From the human T2T-CHM13v2.0 reference genome, Homo sapiens: a stretch of 64,000 nt of DNA. Positions 1-14,039 of this stretch are shown piece after piece (positions within the stretch are counted from its first letter, which is position 1; each line of letters begins with the position of its first letter). Position numbers and translations under genes: made by a program. Location: the NCBI RefSeq assembly GCF_009914755.1, contig NC_060941.1, one strand, 5' to 3'. Under the pieces are notes generated by a model that was given only the letters and a program-made list of their open reading frames with translations, had not been told where the DNA came from and did no database searches.

Positions 1-15
1 GCCCCTGCCCCTCTC

Positions 16-90
16 TGCACATACATGCATGCATGCGCATGCACAAATGCACGTGTGCACAAACATACGCACATATGGAGGCACACATGG
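16..90. repeat. Alternating purine-pyrimidine low-complexity tract (TGCA/CA-rich)
   Basis: tgcacatacatgcatgcatgcgcatgcac...gcacgtgtgcac. Confidence 0.7.
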
Positions 91-1042
91 AAAGCACCTG
101 AATAAAAGACAGCCAGCCCAAATTCCAGCCACCCCTCTGCCTGTATGTAGCTCCGAGCCCTGGGATGCGTCATGGCCCTCATGGGGCCTTATTTTTCTCC
201 TCTGTGTCGTGATGATTCTAAAGAACCCCCAGGGATGCTCAGCTCCCTGTCCAGAGAAGTTACAGTCCCATGGATGGACAGCAGAGGCATCTGTTGGCCC
301 TCTCCTCCAAGGAGGCATAGTCCACCTTCGGACACGACCTGCCATGGTGATAGCCCAGGCCTGCCAGGAGAAAGAAGTAGGTGTATGGGTGGTTGGTGGC
401 ATCCTGCTTTGCCCTTTTTGCAGCAGAGATCAAGACCTTGGATTAGGTTGATCTGGTCCAGCATGGGAAGAATGTCAAACACCCCCTCACTAAAGTGACA
501 CACCAGCCAGCAAGCCAGCCCTTTCTCCCACCTTCAACTCTGCTTGTATCAGCAGAGAGGGTCGTGTTAAAACTGGCTTTGGAATGGTGCCTGGGAAGCT
601 GGGAGGGGCAGTTCCCCAGTGTCTCTGCCTATGACACTGTGCGGAACAGCCTCAGGATCTGGGAGGCAAGTTCTTTGCAGAAGGGCTTTTTAGCAAGGCC
701 CTGTTCTCCACAGTCCCCAGATGGTAGGCCTAAACCAAAGGGTTTCTAGGAAACAGACCCTCATAGCTGGCCACTGGCCTATGAAGACAGAGCTCAGATG
801 CCCAAATAAGTGGAGGACTCTTCCAGGGAGAGAGCAGTGAACTGAGCCCCCGAGAGCCCACCAGCATGGACCAGGACAGCCCACTATGGGACACACCCTC
901 CCACAAGGTGCCATTGTTTTGCATTTGCAGGATTTGATTTTTGTTTGCTGAGATTATGGAGCCTGCATATAGTTCCTGATTTTTGCAAAGCACATCTCAA
1001 ACTTCTCACCTGTTAGCACTCCCCAGCATCGTGGCTGAGTGG

Positions 1043-1125
1043 GTGATTATCACCATACCCCAGGTGGGGAAACTGAGGCTTCAGGAGTCGAAGAGACTGA
1101 GTTAAGGGCATGCAGTGAGTCATCA
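1043..1125 (-). mobile_element. MIR fragment
   Basis: MIR core caggtggggaaactgaggct. Confidence 0.65.
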
Positions 1126-1994
1126 GCTGCCCTTTGCTTCCCACACACATTTCTCACCAAGCTCTCTGAGGCCACACTGCTTCCTGGAGTCCTGGGGCAT
1201 ATCCACTGCTTTTGCCAAGGTGGGTTGTGGCAAGCGGGTCACTGGGAATAGGAGACAGGCGTTCTCAAAGAGTATATAAAGGAAAGAAAAGAATAAAGGG
1301 GTGGGAGGGGCACATGATCCAAAATCTCCTCTGCAGCAAGCTCTTGTAACTGCATGTCCAGCGGCCCCCCCTTCCTTGCACCTTCCTTTTTTACATCAAC
1401 ATTCAATCATCTTTTCCCATTCACTTCATCTCTTCCATCTTTATCTTACGCTGCCCGTGAAAACTGGTGTGAAATAAAAAGGCAACTCTGCCTACAGATG
1501 TAATCAATTGATTTGGCAGGTAGTCCACAGACACCTAGGAAGAGGACAGCCAATTTTCAGTGGACATCCTCCCCCACTTCTTTTTCTTCCTCTACTTCCT
1601 CCCTTCCGGGCTCTCCGTCCCCCTCCTTTTATTTTTCTGTCTCCTTCCTTTTGGCCTTGCTTTGATCTTCTTGTTATTTTCTGCTTTGTATTTAATGGAA
1701 TTAGACCAGCCTATGAATTTTCCCCCGATTCTTTCTTTCTTCTTATTTTATATAACAGACAGCAGAGGGGAAGGCGTCTGTCTTGCCCGACTCTCTATCT
1801 CTGCACCATGCTGTGAGAGCTCAGTATTCCCAGGGGCCTTGTCAATCTTCCTGGGGAGGTGGGACCACGATCACCATCTTGAAGGATCCCAAACTCCTGC
1901 CCCAGATAGGAGATGGGTCCATAAAACAAATCCTAGAGTGGAACAGCTCTCCATCATCCAGGAGAGGAGAAAGTGTTCTATGAAGGAGAATTGT

Positions 1995-2130
1995 TTATTT
2001 TCATTCATTCATTCACTTATTAAGCATCACTATCGGCCAGGCACTGGGGATATAGAAGTGAACAAAGCCGTCATTGATCCCGCCCAAGTACATTGCCTGG
2101 TGCACAGTAGGTGCTCAATAAGTAGTGGCC
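1995..2130. mobile_element. L2 3'-end fragments
   Basis: tcattcattcattcacttattaagc..ggcactggggata (minus-strand tail) and cctggtgcacagtaggtgctcaataa (plus-strand tail). Confidence 0.6.
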
Positions 2131-2473
2131 ACTCTTGGTTATCATTCTTCTGGAAGTATCTATGATAGTGCAAGATGTATACTCATGTTCAATAAATGTT
2201 AGTTTCCTCACTTCTAGAGACACTATCTCGGTACGATGTCTGTTTATTGGTCTTTTTATTGTTTTAACACAAAAAGAATAGAGGGGTGAAATTAAAATGT
2301 TCCCTCTGGCCTAATCTAGATTAGAAGACAATCATTAGATACAAACGAATGTGTAATTAAAAATTGTGATAACTGGGATAAAGAAAAAGCACAGGGTGAT
2401 ATGGGAGGATTTCATTTAGAAAGGGGTGGGGGAGGAATCTGGAGCCTGTATCTTAAAGAAGCATCACATAACC

Positions 2474-2635
2474 CATTGGCTCTCAAAGTGGGGCTCTCTC
2501 AGTCACAGAAGCAGCAGCATCAGGAACTTACTAGAAATCTACATTTTCAGGCTGCCCCAGAACTACTGAATCAGAAACTTTGGGCACCAGCCTTTCCAGG
2601 TAACTCCAATATTCCCACAAGTGTGAGAACTGCTC
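2474..2635. mobile_element. MER5A-like hAT-Charlie MITE
   Basis: tctcaaagtg...gcagcagcatc...ctagaaat...ctactgaatcagaaact...aagtgtgagaac matches recalled MER5A. Confidence 0.7.
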
Positions 2636-2851
2636 ATGTAAGCTGAGACTGGAAGGAGGAGTTGGAGCTGGCCAAGTGGTGGGGAGAAAGAAGGCTTTCT
2701 AGGTGGAGAAGATAGCATGGACTGGGGCCCTGAGGCAGGAAAGACCACCAGGGCAAGGGTATAGGGAGGGAGTGTGAGAATCAGACCTTTCAGTGCCTTA
2801 GAACAACTGGAAAGAGTGTGAATTTTCTAAGTCCACCGGGATCCCCTAAGG

Positions 2852-3499
<648 letters not shown>

Positions 3500-4073
3500 C
3501 CCTAAGGGGTTCTAAGCAGAGAAATGAAGCCATAGGATGTTGATGTCATAGAGTCCTATCACTGCCCACAGCTGGCTCCTAGTTCCTTCCCCGGCCTCAC
3601 CTGCCCTGTTGGAGGGGCTCTTCTCAGCCCCTGAGAAAATGGCACTCTTGGGTGGTGCAGGAGGTCCTGGTAGAAGGCTCTTTCTTTTCATTCATGCCTT
3701 TGGATACATGATGGGATTTTCTGTCTTCATATTTTATTTTTACCTCTTTTCAAATATCAGTAAGTGGCATCAAAACAGTGGGATTATGGGTTATTTTTGT
3801 TTCTTCTCCACAAGTTCTTGAATTTTATGAAATAAAAGCAAACAAAATTTTATAAAGCCAATATTTATCAAATATTATTATATGTCAGTTTTTTTTTGAG
3901 ACTTCCCTTTTTATTCATTCAACAAATATTTTTTGAGCAACTGCTGTGCCCTGGGCATTGTGCAGGCATGGGGATAGAAACGGAGGCCAACATTCTGCCG
4001 CGACGGAGCATCTGTGCTCATGGCGGGAGTGAGACCAACAAAGTCCAAGAGCAAAATACATCTCAGTGTCTGC

Positions 4074-4202
4074 CTGGGAAGGGGAGTGAGCCATCCCAGG
4101 TGGGACTGGTCAGGGAAAGCCTGAGAAGGTGGCGGCTGGGAAGGGGAGTGAGGCATGCCAGGTGGGGCTGGTTAGGGAAAGCTTGAGAAGGTGGCAGCTG
4201 GG
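4074..4202. repeat. 62-bp tandem duplication (2 copies, 6 mismatches)
   Basis: Units start at 4074 and 4136 (ctgggaaggggagtgag...gagaaggtggc). Confidence 0.9.
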
Positions 4203-4808
4203 CACAGACTTGGGGAGAGGAGGCGGTGGGGGTGGGGGGATGAAGAGGTAGGTAGGGGTGGGAGGCTCATGAGAGCAGGAACCCCAAGCGCCGAGGTGCT
4301 GAGCAAGAGCAGGAAAGGACGCAGGGTTTAGTGAGAGAAGGAGGAGAGGACAGGGAGGAGTGGGGAGGAGCCTCGTGGGCTGCCAGGAGGATTTTGGCTT
4401 TTACACCGAGTGACATGGGAGCCCATGGGCAGGGCAATGGGAATTCTGACATTCTGAAAGGGCCACTGGGCTGCTTGCTGAGAACAGCTGGTGAGAGGGG
4501 CAGGGCAAGGAGAGAAGGGAGCTGGCAGGAGAACCTGCTAGAAACCAGGTGGGAGCGGATGGGAGCCTGAGCTGGAGCAGCGAGGGTGGGATATGGTCAG
4601 ATGCTGAATGGCCTCTGAACTGAGCGTCGGCGGGATCTGCTGCTGGGCCAGATAAGGGATGAGAGAGGAGGCTTGAGGATGACCTGAGTGATGAAAAGAC
4701 AGCACTGCCACTTATGAGGCCAGGGAAGGCTAGGGGAGAAGCCAGCGTTTCTAGGGGAAGGAGCTGCTGGTTAATTCAGTGTTGGGCATGTGAAATTTCA
4801 GATGCCAT

Positions 4809-5268
4809 TGTGTCGCTTTGGATGTCCCAAGGAGCAGATGCCAAGACAGGATTGGACATGGGACAGGCTTACTGGGGGCAAAGTCTGTGAAGGACAAAGG
4901 GGAGGCAGCAGGTGCTGGCAGACTGCCATGCAGGCCTGGCACCTGTGAAAGGAGAGGGGGATGGAAGGAGGCCTGAGAGGAAGAGCTTCCGTCCACAGCA
5001 CAGCTCCAAGAGTGTTCATTCAGACCGATGAGAGGTCCTTGAGCCAAAACCTCCCATGGGGGTATCCAACATCCCACATGTGTGGGCCTGCCCTGACACT
5101 GCCCCCTCTAACCCCATCCCACCTGCTCAGCTATTGCCTGGGAGAAGCCCACATCATGTGTGGCTTCAGCACACCATAGGGGTGGGCCCACTGGGGCAGT
5201 GGTGGGGTGTCGGTCACCATGGTCCCCTCAACAGAAGTTGTGAGTGGAGCAATTTTACAGCCGCCACA
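4809..5268 (-). mobile_element. LTR16 (B/C-like) ERVL solo LTR
   Basis: Reverse strand TG..CA termini tgtggcggctg...gcgacaca; internal text follows recalled LTR16B. Confidence 0.75.
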
Positions 5269-5670
5269 GGCTATTAGACACGTAAGTGGAGATATCTAGT
5301 AGGCAGTTTAGATATATGAGTCTGGAGTTCAATGCAAGGTTCAAGGAAGAGATAAAAATTTAAGTGTCTTCAGCTCATAAATGGTATTTAAAGGCATGAG
5401 AATGCATGAGCGCGTGCACAGCTGGCAGGGACAAACGCTCCAAGGACTGAGTCCTGAGGCATGTTTGCAACAGTCAGCAACAGTGGCCAGGGAGGTAGGA
5501 GGGAAACCAGGAGTCTGTGAGCTCCTGGAAGTCAAGTCAAGAAAATGCTTCGTGGAGGAGGGAGCACTACCTTTCAGAAAACTGCCCATCACACTGGCAA
5601 GCATCCTTATAGGCCAGGCAATTTGCTGAAGACTCTGTGTGCATCACCACACTCCACGGGTCTTCTTCCC

Positions 5671-5820
5671 TGTTGTGGGTGAGGTGCTGTGCTGCCCCGA
5701 TGCCCTGTCAGGGCCAACACAGCCATTCCCCAGTTGCTGGGAGTATTGGCTGCTGATGCTGAAAGTCACACCCCCTCCCCAGGGACAGCCTGTACCCAGA
5801 GACGGTTGACACAGCTTCCC
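5671..5820 (+). mobile_element. LTR16A-like 5' fragment
   Basis: ccattccccagttgctgggagtattggctgctga motif. Confidence 0.55.
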
Positions 5821-6069
5821 TGCCACATTTGGGACACCTCAAGTGGACCATCTGGCTTACAAGCTCCTAGGGGGACCAGCTGAAGCCTCCGTTGTAGCTA
5901 CAGAGTTAGGTAGATTCCTCCATCAGAGTAAAGAACCGCTGACTGCATGGGCTGGAGGAACAGGGTGCTACTTGCTACATCTTATCTTAAAGAATCTTTT
6001 GGATGCTTTGGTGAGAAACAGGAAACTAGCAGACTCTCTAGCCAGGCCATTGTAGGTTTGACCCACTTC

Positions 6070-6315
6070 ACCCCCTCCTGACACTCCCACCTTTCCCACC
6101 ACTTTTCCTCTTTTCTGTAGCACTTACCACCTGCCAACCTGCGATTTAATTTCCTTATTTGTTGATCTATTGTTTATTATCCATCTTCCTTCTTTCCTAC
6201 AATGTCAGCTCTAGGAAGGCAGGGCTATTCATCTGTTTTGTCCCCTGATGTATCCCAAGTGCCTAGAACGGTGTCCACTGCATAGCAGGTGCCAGTATAC
6301 ATGCACGAAATGAGT
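6070..6315 (+). mobile_element. L2 3' end
   Basis: aatgtcagctctaggaaggcaggg...tgtatcccaagtgcctagaac. Confidence 0.7.
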
Positions 6316-7569
6316 TCCTGGACGAGCTGACCTTCAAGAGTTCACAGCCCAACTCTCCCATTTTTGCTGAATCCCACCATCCCACGTGAACAGAATGAGC
6401 CAGACCTCCAAACCCACAGAGGCAGCGTGGGGTGCTGGGACTTACCACGGCTAGGAGGCAGTCTCCTCACCTGCAAGGTGGGATGCCAGGAATGGTTTGC
6501 TCACAACACGGTCACAGGGAGCCACCTCGAAGCCTTCCTGTAACGCTGATCAATGAGGCCAACCCTATGGATGGAACCCATAGTCCAAGCCAAGTCTGAG
6601 GCCTTGTTTCAGGGGCATCCACAGCACCTAAAGGGTGCTGGGAGGGGGGCGTTCGTTGAGAACAGCACACACTGTACTCCTACAGGAGGAGAAGACAGAC
6701 CCATTTTAGACTGACGGCTGCTCTGAAATGGGGGACTCAGTGTGAGATTCCCGTGCTAGAGAAAAGAGTCTCAGTTATTCCTCGTGGTAAGCAGGCGTGG
6801 CTTTCGATGGGAAGTCCTGCCTTCCCTGTTTCCCAGCCATGTGACCTTGGCCAAGTCAAAAAAAATATCCTGGAGCCTTATTATCTGTCACTACCTGTCA
6901 AATGGGAAATGAGTGAGATTATGTGCCTGAAAATGTTTTGTAAATTCCACAGCAGTGGTTCCCAGACTTTGAGATTTCATAGACGAGGGAAGTTTCCAGT
7001 AATCTGGAGCTTACATAAGGATTCCAGCGTTCTATTTTGCCACCTAAGGACACTGAAACACAAGCAAGCAACGAAGCGGTGGCTTGCCCATCGTCACTAT
7101 TCTGTCATCAAAGGCAGAACACACTTCATGCTAAAAATGGAAGAAGGCCAAAAATCTGAACAAAAGATAGTCTTTGCAGCTTGAAAAAAAAAAAAAGTGA
7201 ACTTAAAGGAAAAACTCACTGACTTGTCCTTGATTTTCTCATGTTGCCAAAGACAAGGGAAGTTTCTCTCTGGGAACATTGTGAAATGATGAAATGAGAG
7301 GGCTGGGATGGCGCACCCAGGCAAACAAGAGAAGCTGCCCACCGTGGAGGCGGGGACCCGGAGCTTCAGGCTCTCCGGGGCTGAGGGGGGTCAAAGTCTC
7401 CACCCACCTGACACCCATTTGAAGCATGCTGGTGCACAAAGGTACTGCAGGTGGGAAGCTTTCTGTAGGGTTCCCTGAGGAGGACGGAGTAAAGGGCTTC
7501 TCTTCACAGGAGGAGTGAGCTGGGAGTCAGGGCCTGGTTAGCAGGAACACAACGTACATGTGATCAATC

Positions 7570-7765
7570 CTGAGTGCTGAGCACTGTGCGAAGGGCTTCC
7601 TGAAGGTTATAGGAAGGAACTATTATCATTCGTTTTGCAGCTTGGGAAACTGAGGCACACAGATGTTTCCATTGCTTCCCCAAATCTCACAGCTAGTCAG
7701 TGGCAGAGCCGGGGCCCTAATTCAGCCAGTCTCGTTGCAGAGGAAGTGTGTTTAACCACTCACTC
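7570..7765 (-). mobile_element. MIR (donor region of an inverted templated copy)
   Basis: ttttgcagcttgggaaactgaggcac...cacagctagtcagtggcagagcc. Confidence 0.75.
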
Positions 7766-7912
7766 CAAAGCATGATCTCCAGAGCGAGGAAAGGGCTTCT
7801 CTGCTGATGCAAAGAGGCAGATTTCTAGCAGAATCAGCCCTGATCCTGATGCTCACAGGCTGGCATGTTGGGTCCAAGACGGCAAAGCTACTTTTCTGTA
7901 TGAGTTCCCCAT

Positions 7913-8881
<969 letters not shown>

Positions 8882-9049
8882 TCCCCTTTCCTACTTCCTC
8901 CGCGCCAGCTTCCAAACCTCTCCCCCATGAGAGGATCAGAGAATTCCTCCCAGCCCTCCAGCAGTGAGCTGCTCCCCCACTCCATTCATCTCCCGGTTCC
9001 TCGCATTCATCCCCCACCGAACCCACCCACAAAATGCTGAATCGGTGGG

Positions 9050-9900
9050 TGAGATCCCCATAGCAACGGCTCCGATGCCAGAACCCAGGATTACGACACC
9101 GGATCAGCCAGAGACGCGCTGGAGGGGCCCAGGAGGGGCTGCAGCGCGCCGCAAATCCCCCGGGGCTTACGGGAGCCGCTCTTTAGGAGACAGCGCTGGA
9201 CGAACCGGGCGGGGTGGGGATGGATAATCTTCAGGCGCCAACGCAAAACGGCCGCAAGACGTGGCCAGGCCAGGAGGCTCCTGGGTCCCGGGCCCGCGAT
9301 GTGGCCCTTGCGCGGGGACAAAGACGAGGCCATCGCCCTCACGTGTTCCCAAAGACGCCCAACCTCATCAGGAGGCCGCCCCATCCGCCACCTGGGAGCG
9401 TCCCACACGCCCGGGCCCTTGAGGATGTCCCCTCGGCGATGTGCCTGACCGGGCGCTCCCCGCCCGCCAACCTCCAACCTCCAACCTCCGCCCTCCACCC
9501 TCCACCCTCCTTGCTCTGTCCGCGTGGACGCAGCCCCCGGTTCAGACACTAGCGGGTGCGCGGGGCCGCCCAGGACGGCGGGAGAGGACGGGGCCCTCCC
9601 TCCCCTCTGGTCCCCCAAAGCTCCCCGGACGCCGCGGCCGCGCCCCCTGCCGGCTCCCTCCGGCCGGCTCCCGCGTCCCACTGGGGCTCCTCTCCCGCTG
9701 CAAGGTCAGCGCTTCCCCGCCCCACGCCCTCCACAACTCCCCGCCCTTCCGTTCCTGCTGCCGCCGCCCTCTCCACCCAGGCTCCTGTCACCCACCACGG
9801 GAGTTCACACGCTCCAGTCCATCGGCCTCCCCCGGCCCGACCGCCCTGGCTCAGGCAAATCCCAGCCTGCACTTCCCGAAGGAAGTCCCCTCCACGCACA
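9050..9900. promoter_or_regulatory. CpG island, candidate promoter
   Basis: Very GC-rich, dense CpG, non-repeat, several GC boxes (gggcgggg, ccccgccc). Confidence 0.75.
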
Positions 9901-11343
9901 CACCCTACACGCACGCACACATTTACACACACGCCCTCACACATTTACACACACGCCCTCACACACGCAAATGCAGACACCCCCTACACTCACCCTTACA
10001 CACACACCCTCACACATTCAAACACCCTCACACACATACACCCTCACACACATTCACACACCCTCACACGCACACAGAAACGCAGACCCCCCCCCCTCCA
10101 CTCACAGGTACTCACGCTCACACACCCTCACACGCGCTCACACACACACTTACACGTAGACACATTCATATACACTCTCTTACACACATTCACACACCCC
10201 CCCACACCCTCACGTATTTACACCCTCACACACACATTCCCACATGCCCATGCCCACACACTCACATTCACACACCCTAACACACAATCACAGACACACA
10301 CACACAAACACACAATCACATATACACATACACACAGACACACACAGAATCATAAACATACACACAGAGACACACAGAATCACATATACACACACATACA
10401 CACACAGAATCACATATACACAGACACACAATCACATATACACGGAATCACATATACACACACACAATCACATATACACAGAGATACACAATCACAGAGA
10501 CACATAATCACATATGCACGCAGAATCACATATACACACACAGACACACACAGAATCACATATACACACACAATCACATACACACAGACACAATCATACA
10601 CACGCAGAGACACACAGAATCACATACACATATACACAGAGACACACACATATACACATACAGAACACACAGAATCACATATATACATACAGACACACAG
10701 AATCACATACACACAGAGACACACAGAATCACATAAACACAGACACACACAATCACATATACACACACACAGAATCACATATACATATACACACAGAGAC
10801 GCACAGGCACACATTCATGCACACATTCACACAGATTCATTCACACACAGACACACCCCCTCACACAAGATCACACCACACGCATGCTCATTCACACACA
10901 ACACCAACACCCACATTCATTCACAGACTCACAAAACTTACACACATATACGCACACACCATTCACACACTCATGCAAGATACCTTACAAATACACAGAC
11001 ACACGCAGACACAAATACACACATAGACCCCTCACAGATGCACACACCAATGCACACAGGTACACTCATTTGCACACCACACACCCACTTACACACCAAT
11101 ACACATACTGGCACACTCATACACAGACCTATAAACACACAGACCCACCCATACTCAGACATACTCATTTGCATACCCACTCAGCAACACAGACTCACAT
11201 TCACATACATGACAGAGACAAACTCACACAGGCACACTCACATTCACACAGGCACATTCACACACACCCTATTATGCACATTCTCACAACAGACATGCTT
11301 ACACACATTCACACAGTCACACACACACACACACACACACACA
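9893..11343. repeat. 1.45-kb CA-rich low-complexity/minisatellite tract ending in (CA)n
   Basis: Degenerate CA repeats; central cacagaatcacatata-type units ~10290-10800. Confidence 0.95.
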
Positions 11344-12011
11344 ATCTCGTACTGAAGCCCAGGCAGTGTCTACCAGCTACACAGACATTGTGGACAGTGG
11401 AGTGGTGAGAGGTACAGGCGTATTCAGGTCAGGCAGGTGGGATCTGAGCAGAGGCATCATGAGCCCAAGGGCACCTTGGTGGCAAGGACATCACCTATTG
11501 TTTCTCTGCATCTTCCCCCTCCCCGCCCAAATCATGCAGCACAGTGCAGGGCACACAGGTTCATCATAAGTGTTTCTTCAATGAGCAGACAGGAGCTACC
11601 CAAGCTTCAATGTACGTAAGAATGCATAGTGGCCGCCATTTTACAGGTTGAACTTGGAGCTTCAAAGCAGCCTTGGATAAAACCACTGGGCCATTCTCCA
11701 AAAAAGAGAATGGAGAATGTCAACGTCCTTAATTGTCTGCCTGTATTCCATGTACTTCCTGACTTAGAGCCTTGATTGACAAAATCCCCGTTCCAAGAAA
11801 ATCTCCCTGCATCACCGCAGGCACTGTGTGTTTGGCAAGTAGACTTTCAACTTTGGGTTGTGGCATGAATAAATAAATGACTAAATCAGCAAGCAGTTTT
11901 CCCTGCACCTTGGCACAGGTCTGGGTACAATCAAGGCATCAGTCAAGATGGGAGGGTAGTGGGTGGGTGTGGCCTTTAAAAGATGGGAGTTCTGCCTCAG
12001 CTCACTACTTA

Positions 12012-12149
12012 GCCCGGCACAGTGGCTCATGCCTGTAATCCGAGCACTTTGGGAGGCTGAGGTGGGAGAATAATTGAGCCCCTCCAGTCAAGGTTGCAGT
12101 GAGCCATGATAGAACAAGATGTTGTCAAAAAAAAAAAAAAAAAAAAAAA
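12012..12149 (+). mobile_element. Alu monomer (FLAM/FRAM or deleted AluJ) with poly(A) and purine-rich tail
   Basis: cacagtggctcatgcctgtaatc...gttgcagtgagccatgat, poly(A). Confidence 0.8.
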
Positions 12150-13159
12150 GAAAGGAAGAAAAGAAGAAAAGACAGAAAAGAAGGAAGGGACGGGAAGGGG
12201 AGGGGAGATCCGAAAAGCAAAAACTAAAAACCTCACTTCTAAGGCACTTTCTGGAATCGTTCCACTCCACTCGGATCTCCCTCTTTATTGGGCATCGTTT
12301 TGGTGAGTAATGAATTCAACCTGAGCCCCATTCCTGTGGGAGGTTAGCCATTTCACTTTCCTAGATGTGTGAGTATGTGTGAACCTATCGCCATCACCTC
12401 TTCTCCCATTAGTCTGTAATTCCCCCTGAGCAGATCGGGCTGTTTCCATTGAGATTTCTTTGGCAATGATGACACAACTCTGCCAGCAGCAAGTGTCCAG
12501 CCAGACACCTGGGTCACCCCCTAGTTGGACGGTGCTGGGGGAAGCTCTGGCATGGGCAGCTCCACCTCGGATGCTTCCTGGAGTAGATGTTCTGGCTGGT
12601 GTCCATGGAGATGGAATGGGAGAGGGACTTCCTTAGCCACAGCCACGCATGTCTTCCCCTTTATGGGAAAGTATCTGAGTGCTGGTCATTTTCAGACCCT
12701 AGGGAAGTATCTAATTGCCCTCCTGGAGAGCCCCTACTTATAGAGAAGATGGCAAGGCTGTCAGAGAATCCAATGCCACATTTCCCAAAAAAAGGAGGAA
12801 AGGCGGGCCCCAAGAGGGCCCTCAGCAGGTACAGAATTGGAACTGCCAGACAGACACGCCTTTTCCCATGCTACAACCTTGGCTGCCATGCCCCTACTCC
12901 CCTTACTCCTGCTTCTAGAAGAAAAGGAAGGGAGAAAAATGCAGGAATTTTCCAGAAAGATCCAGAAACTCCCCCAAATTGCCAGAAGTCTCCAGGCTTG
13001 TATATTAATGCAGTGGTGCAGTGCAGTAATTTACTCTAACTACCTGGGTGTGCCCTTGATTCTGGCTAGATTAGATTGAATCAACAAAGAAGCAGCACAG
13101 AGTCCTCCAGTGCTGGAGCTGAGAAACCCCAGAGAATGCAAGGAGGCTTCATTTCCTGA

Positions 13160-13296
13160 TTTTCTCATCTGTACAATGGGGTGGTAATAGCACCCACATC
13201 ACAGATTGCTGTGAGGACTCAGTGACTCAGACCATATAAAACGCTTGGCATGGTACCTTCCACATAGCAAGTGCTGCATAAAGGCTGATGATGATG
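13160..13296 (+). mobile_element. MIR
   Basis: tttctcatctgtacaatgggg..taatagcacc...gtgagga. Confidence 0.75.
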
Positions 13297-13993
13297 AGGC
13301 CGATGATGAAGGCAAAGAAACTACTCCTTGCCCAAGGTCATCTGGGCGACTTAGTGACAGAGCTGCAATTAGAACAGGGGTCTCTCCAAGTTAGGCCACG
13401 CTGGATAGCCTTGCTGCCAGTTCCTGGTGCTTTTGTATCTTCACGCCTCCCCCCAGGCCCAGCTGAGCACCATCAGGGCCTCAACAGAACCAACAGTGCC
13501 CCCTGCAGGCCTTGGCCTCCTGGGACTGTTCAATTCAGGGCTGAGGCCTCTGGGAGCAGTGGGAACGTTTGCCTACAAAACAGGTTCTGTGGAATGCTGC
13601 TGGGACACTAGGGTTTTGCCTCCGAAGATGGCTTCCCTGGAGTCAACAGTTGCCTGTCTTCTTCCCGCCTCACTCCTCCTCTTGCCAATCTTCTTAGCAC
13701 CCAGGATTAAGCATAAACATGGGAGTAGGGGACACGAGACCCAGGTTCCAGGACACTTAAGCCACTGGCTGGCTCCGTGGCTGCAGGCAATTCCCCTGAC
13801 AGTCCTAGGCCTCTTTCCTAGAGGCCTTCCAACGTCCCAGACAGCTGCCAAGTCCAAGGATACCCTGAGCTCCTCTAAGCTCTGGCCAGCAGGAGTTCAG
13901 GACGTACCTTGCTGCAGTGTGGGGTGATTTGGGCGCCCCAGCAGCTTATTCAGAGGGTGCAACATCAAGTTCATTTCCTCCTTCCTCGTTCCT

Positions 13994-14039
13994 GCCAGCC
14001 CAGCCCAGCCCAGCCCAGCCCAGCTCAGCCCAGCTCAGC
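13994..14039. repeat. (CCCAG/CTCAG)n pentamer repeat
   Basis: About 9 tandem pentamers. Confidence 0.9.

Larger units (their letters stand above)
3911..5560 (-). mobile_element. L2 (L2a-like) fragment interrupted by LTR16
   Basis: attcattcaacaaatatt..gagc tail; L2 text gatgcc|tattagaca..agtggagat resumes on both sides of the LTR. Confidence 0.7.

Noticed and set aside
1560-2165. 201-aa hydrophobic ORF resembling a membrane protein
   Set aside because: Hydrophobicity comes from a pyrimidine-rich tract; it runs into L2 sequence and has a GTG start.
10290-10800. Regularly recurring cagaatcacat motif resembling a repeat-spacer array
   Set aside because: Spacers are variable CA/TA runs, not unique sequence; this is a eukaryotic minisatellite, not CRISPR-like.
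9556-11355. 599-aa ORF (and overlapping 279-aa and 211-aa ORFs)
   Set aside because: His/Thr-rich translation of the CA tract plus GC-rich island; stop codons are compositionally rare; non-ATG starts; no domain-like sequence.
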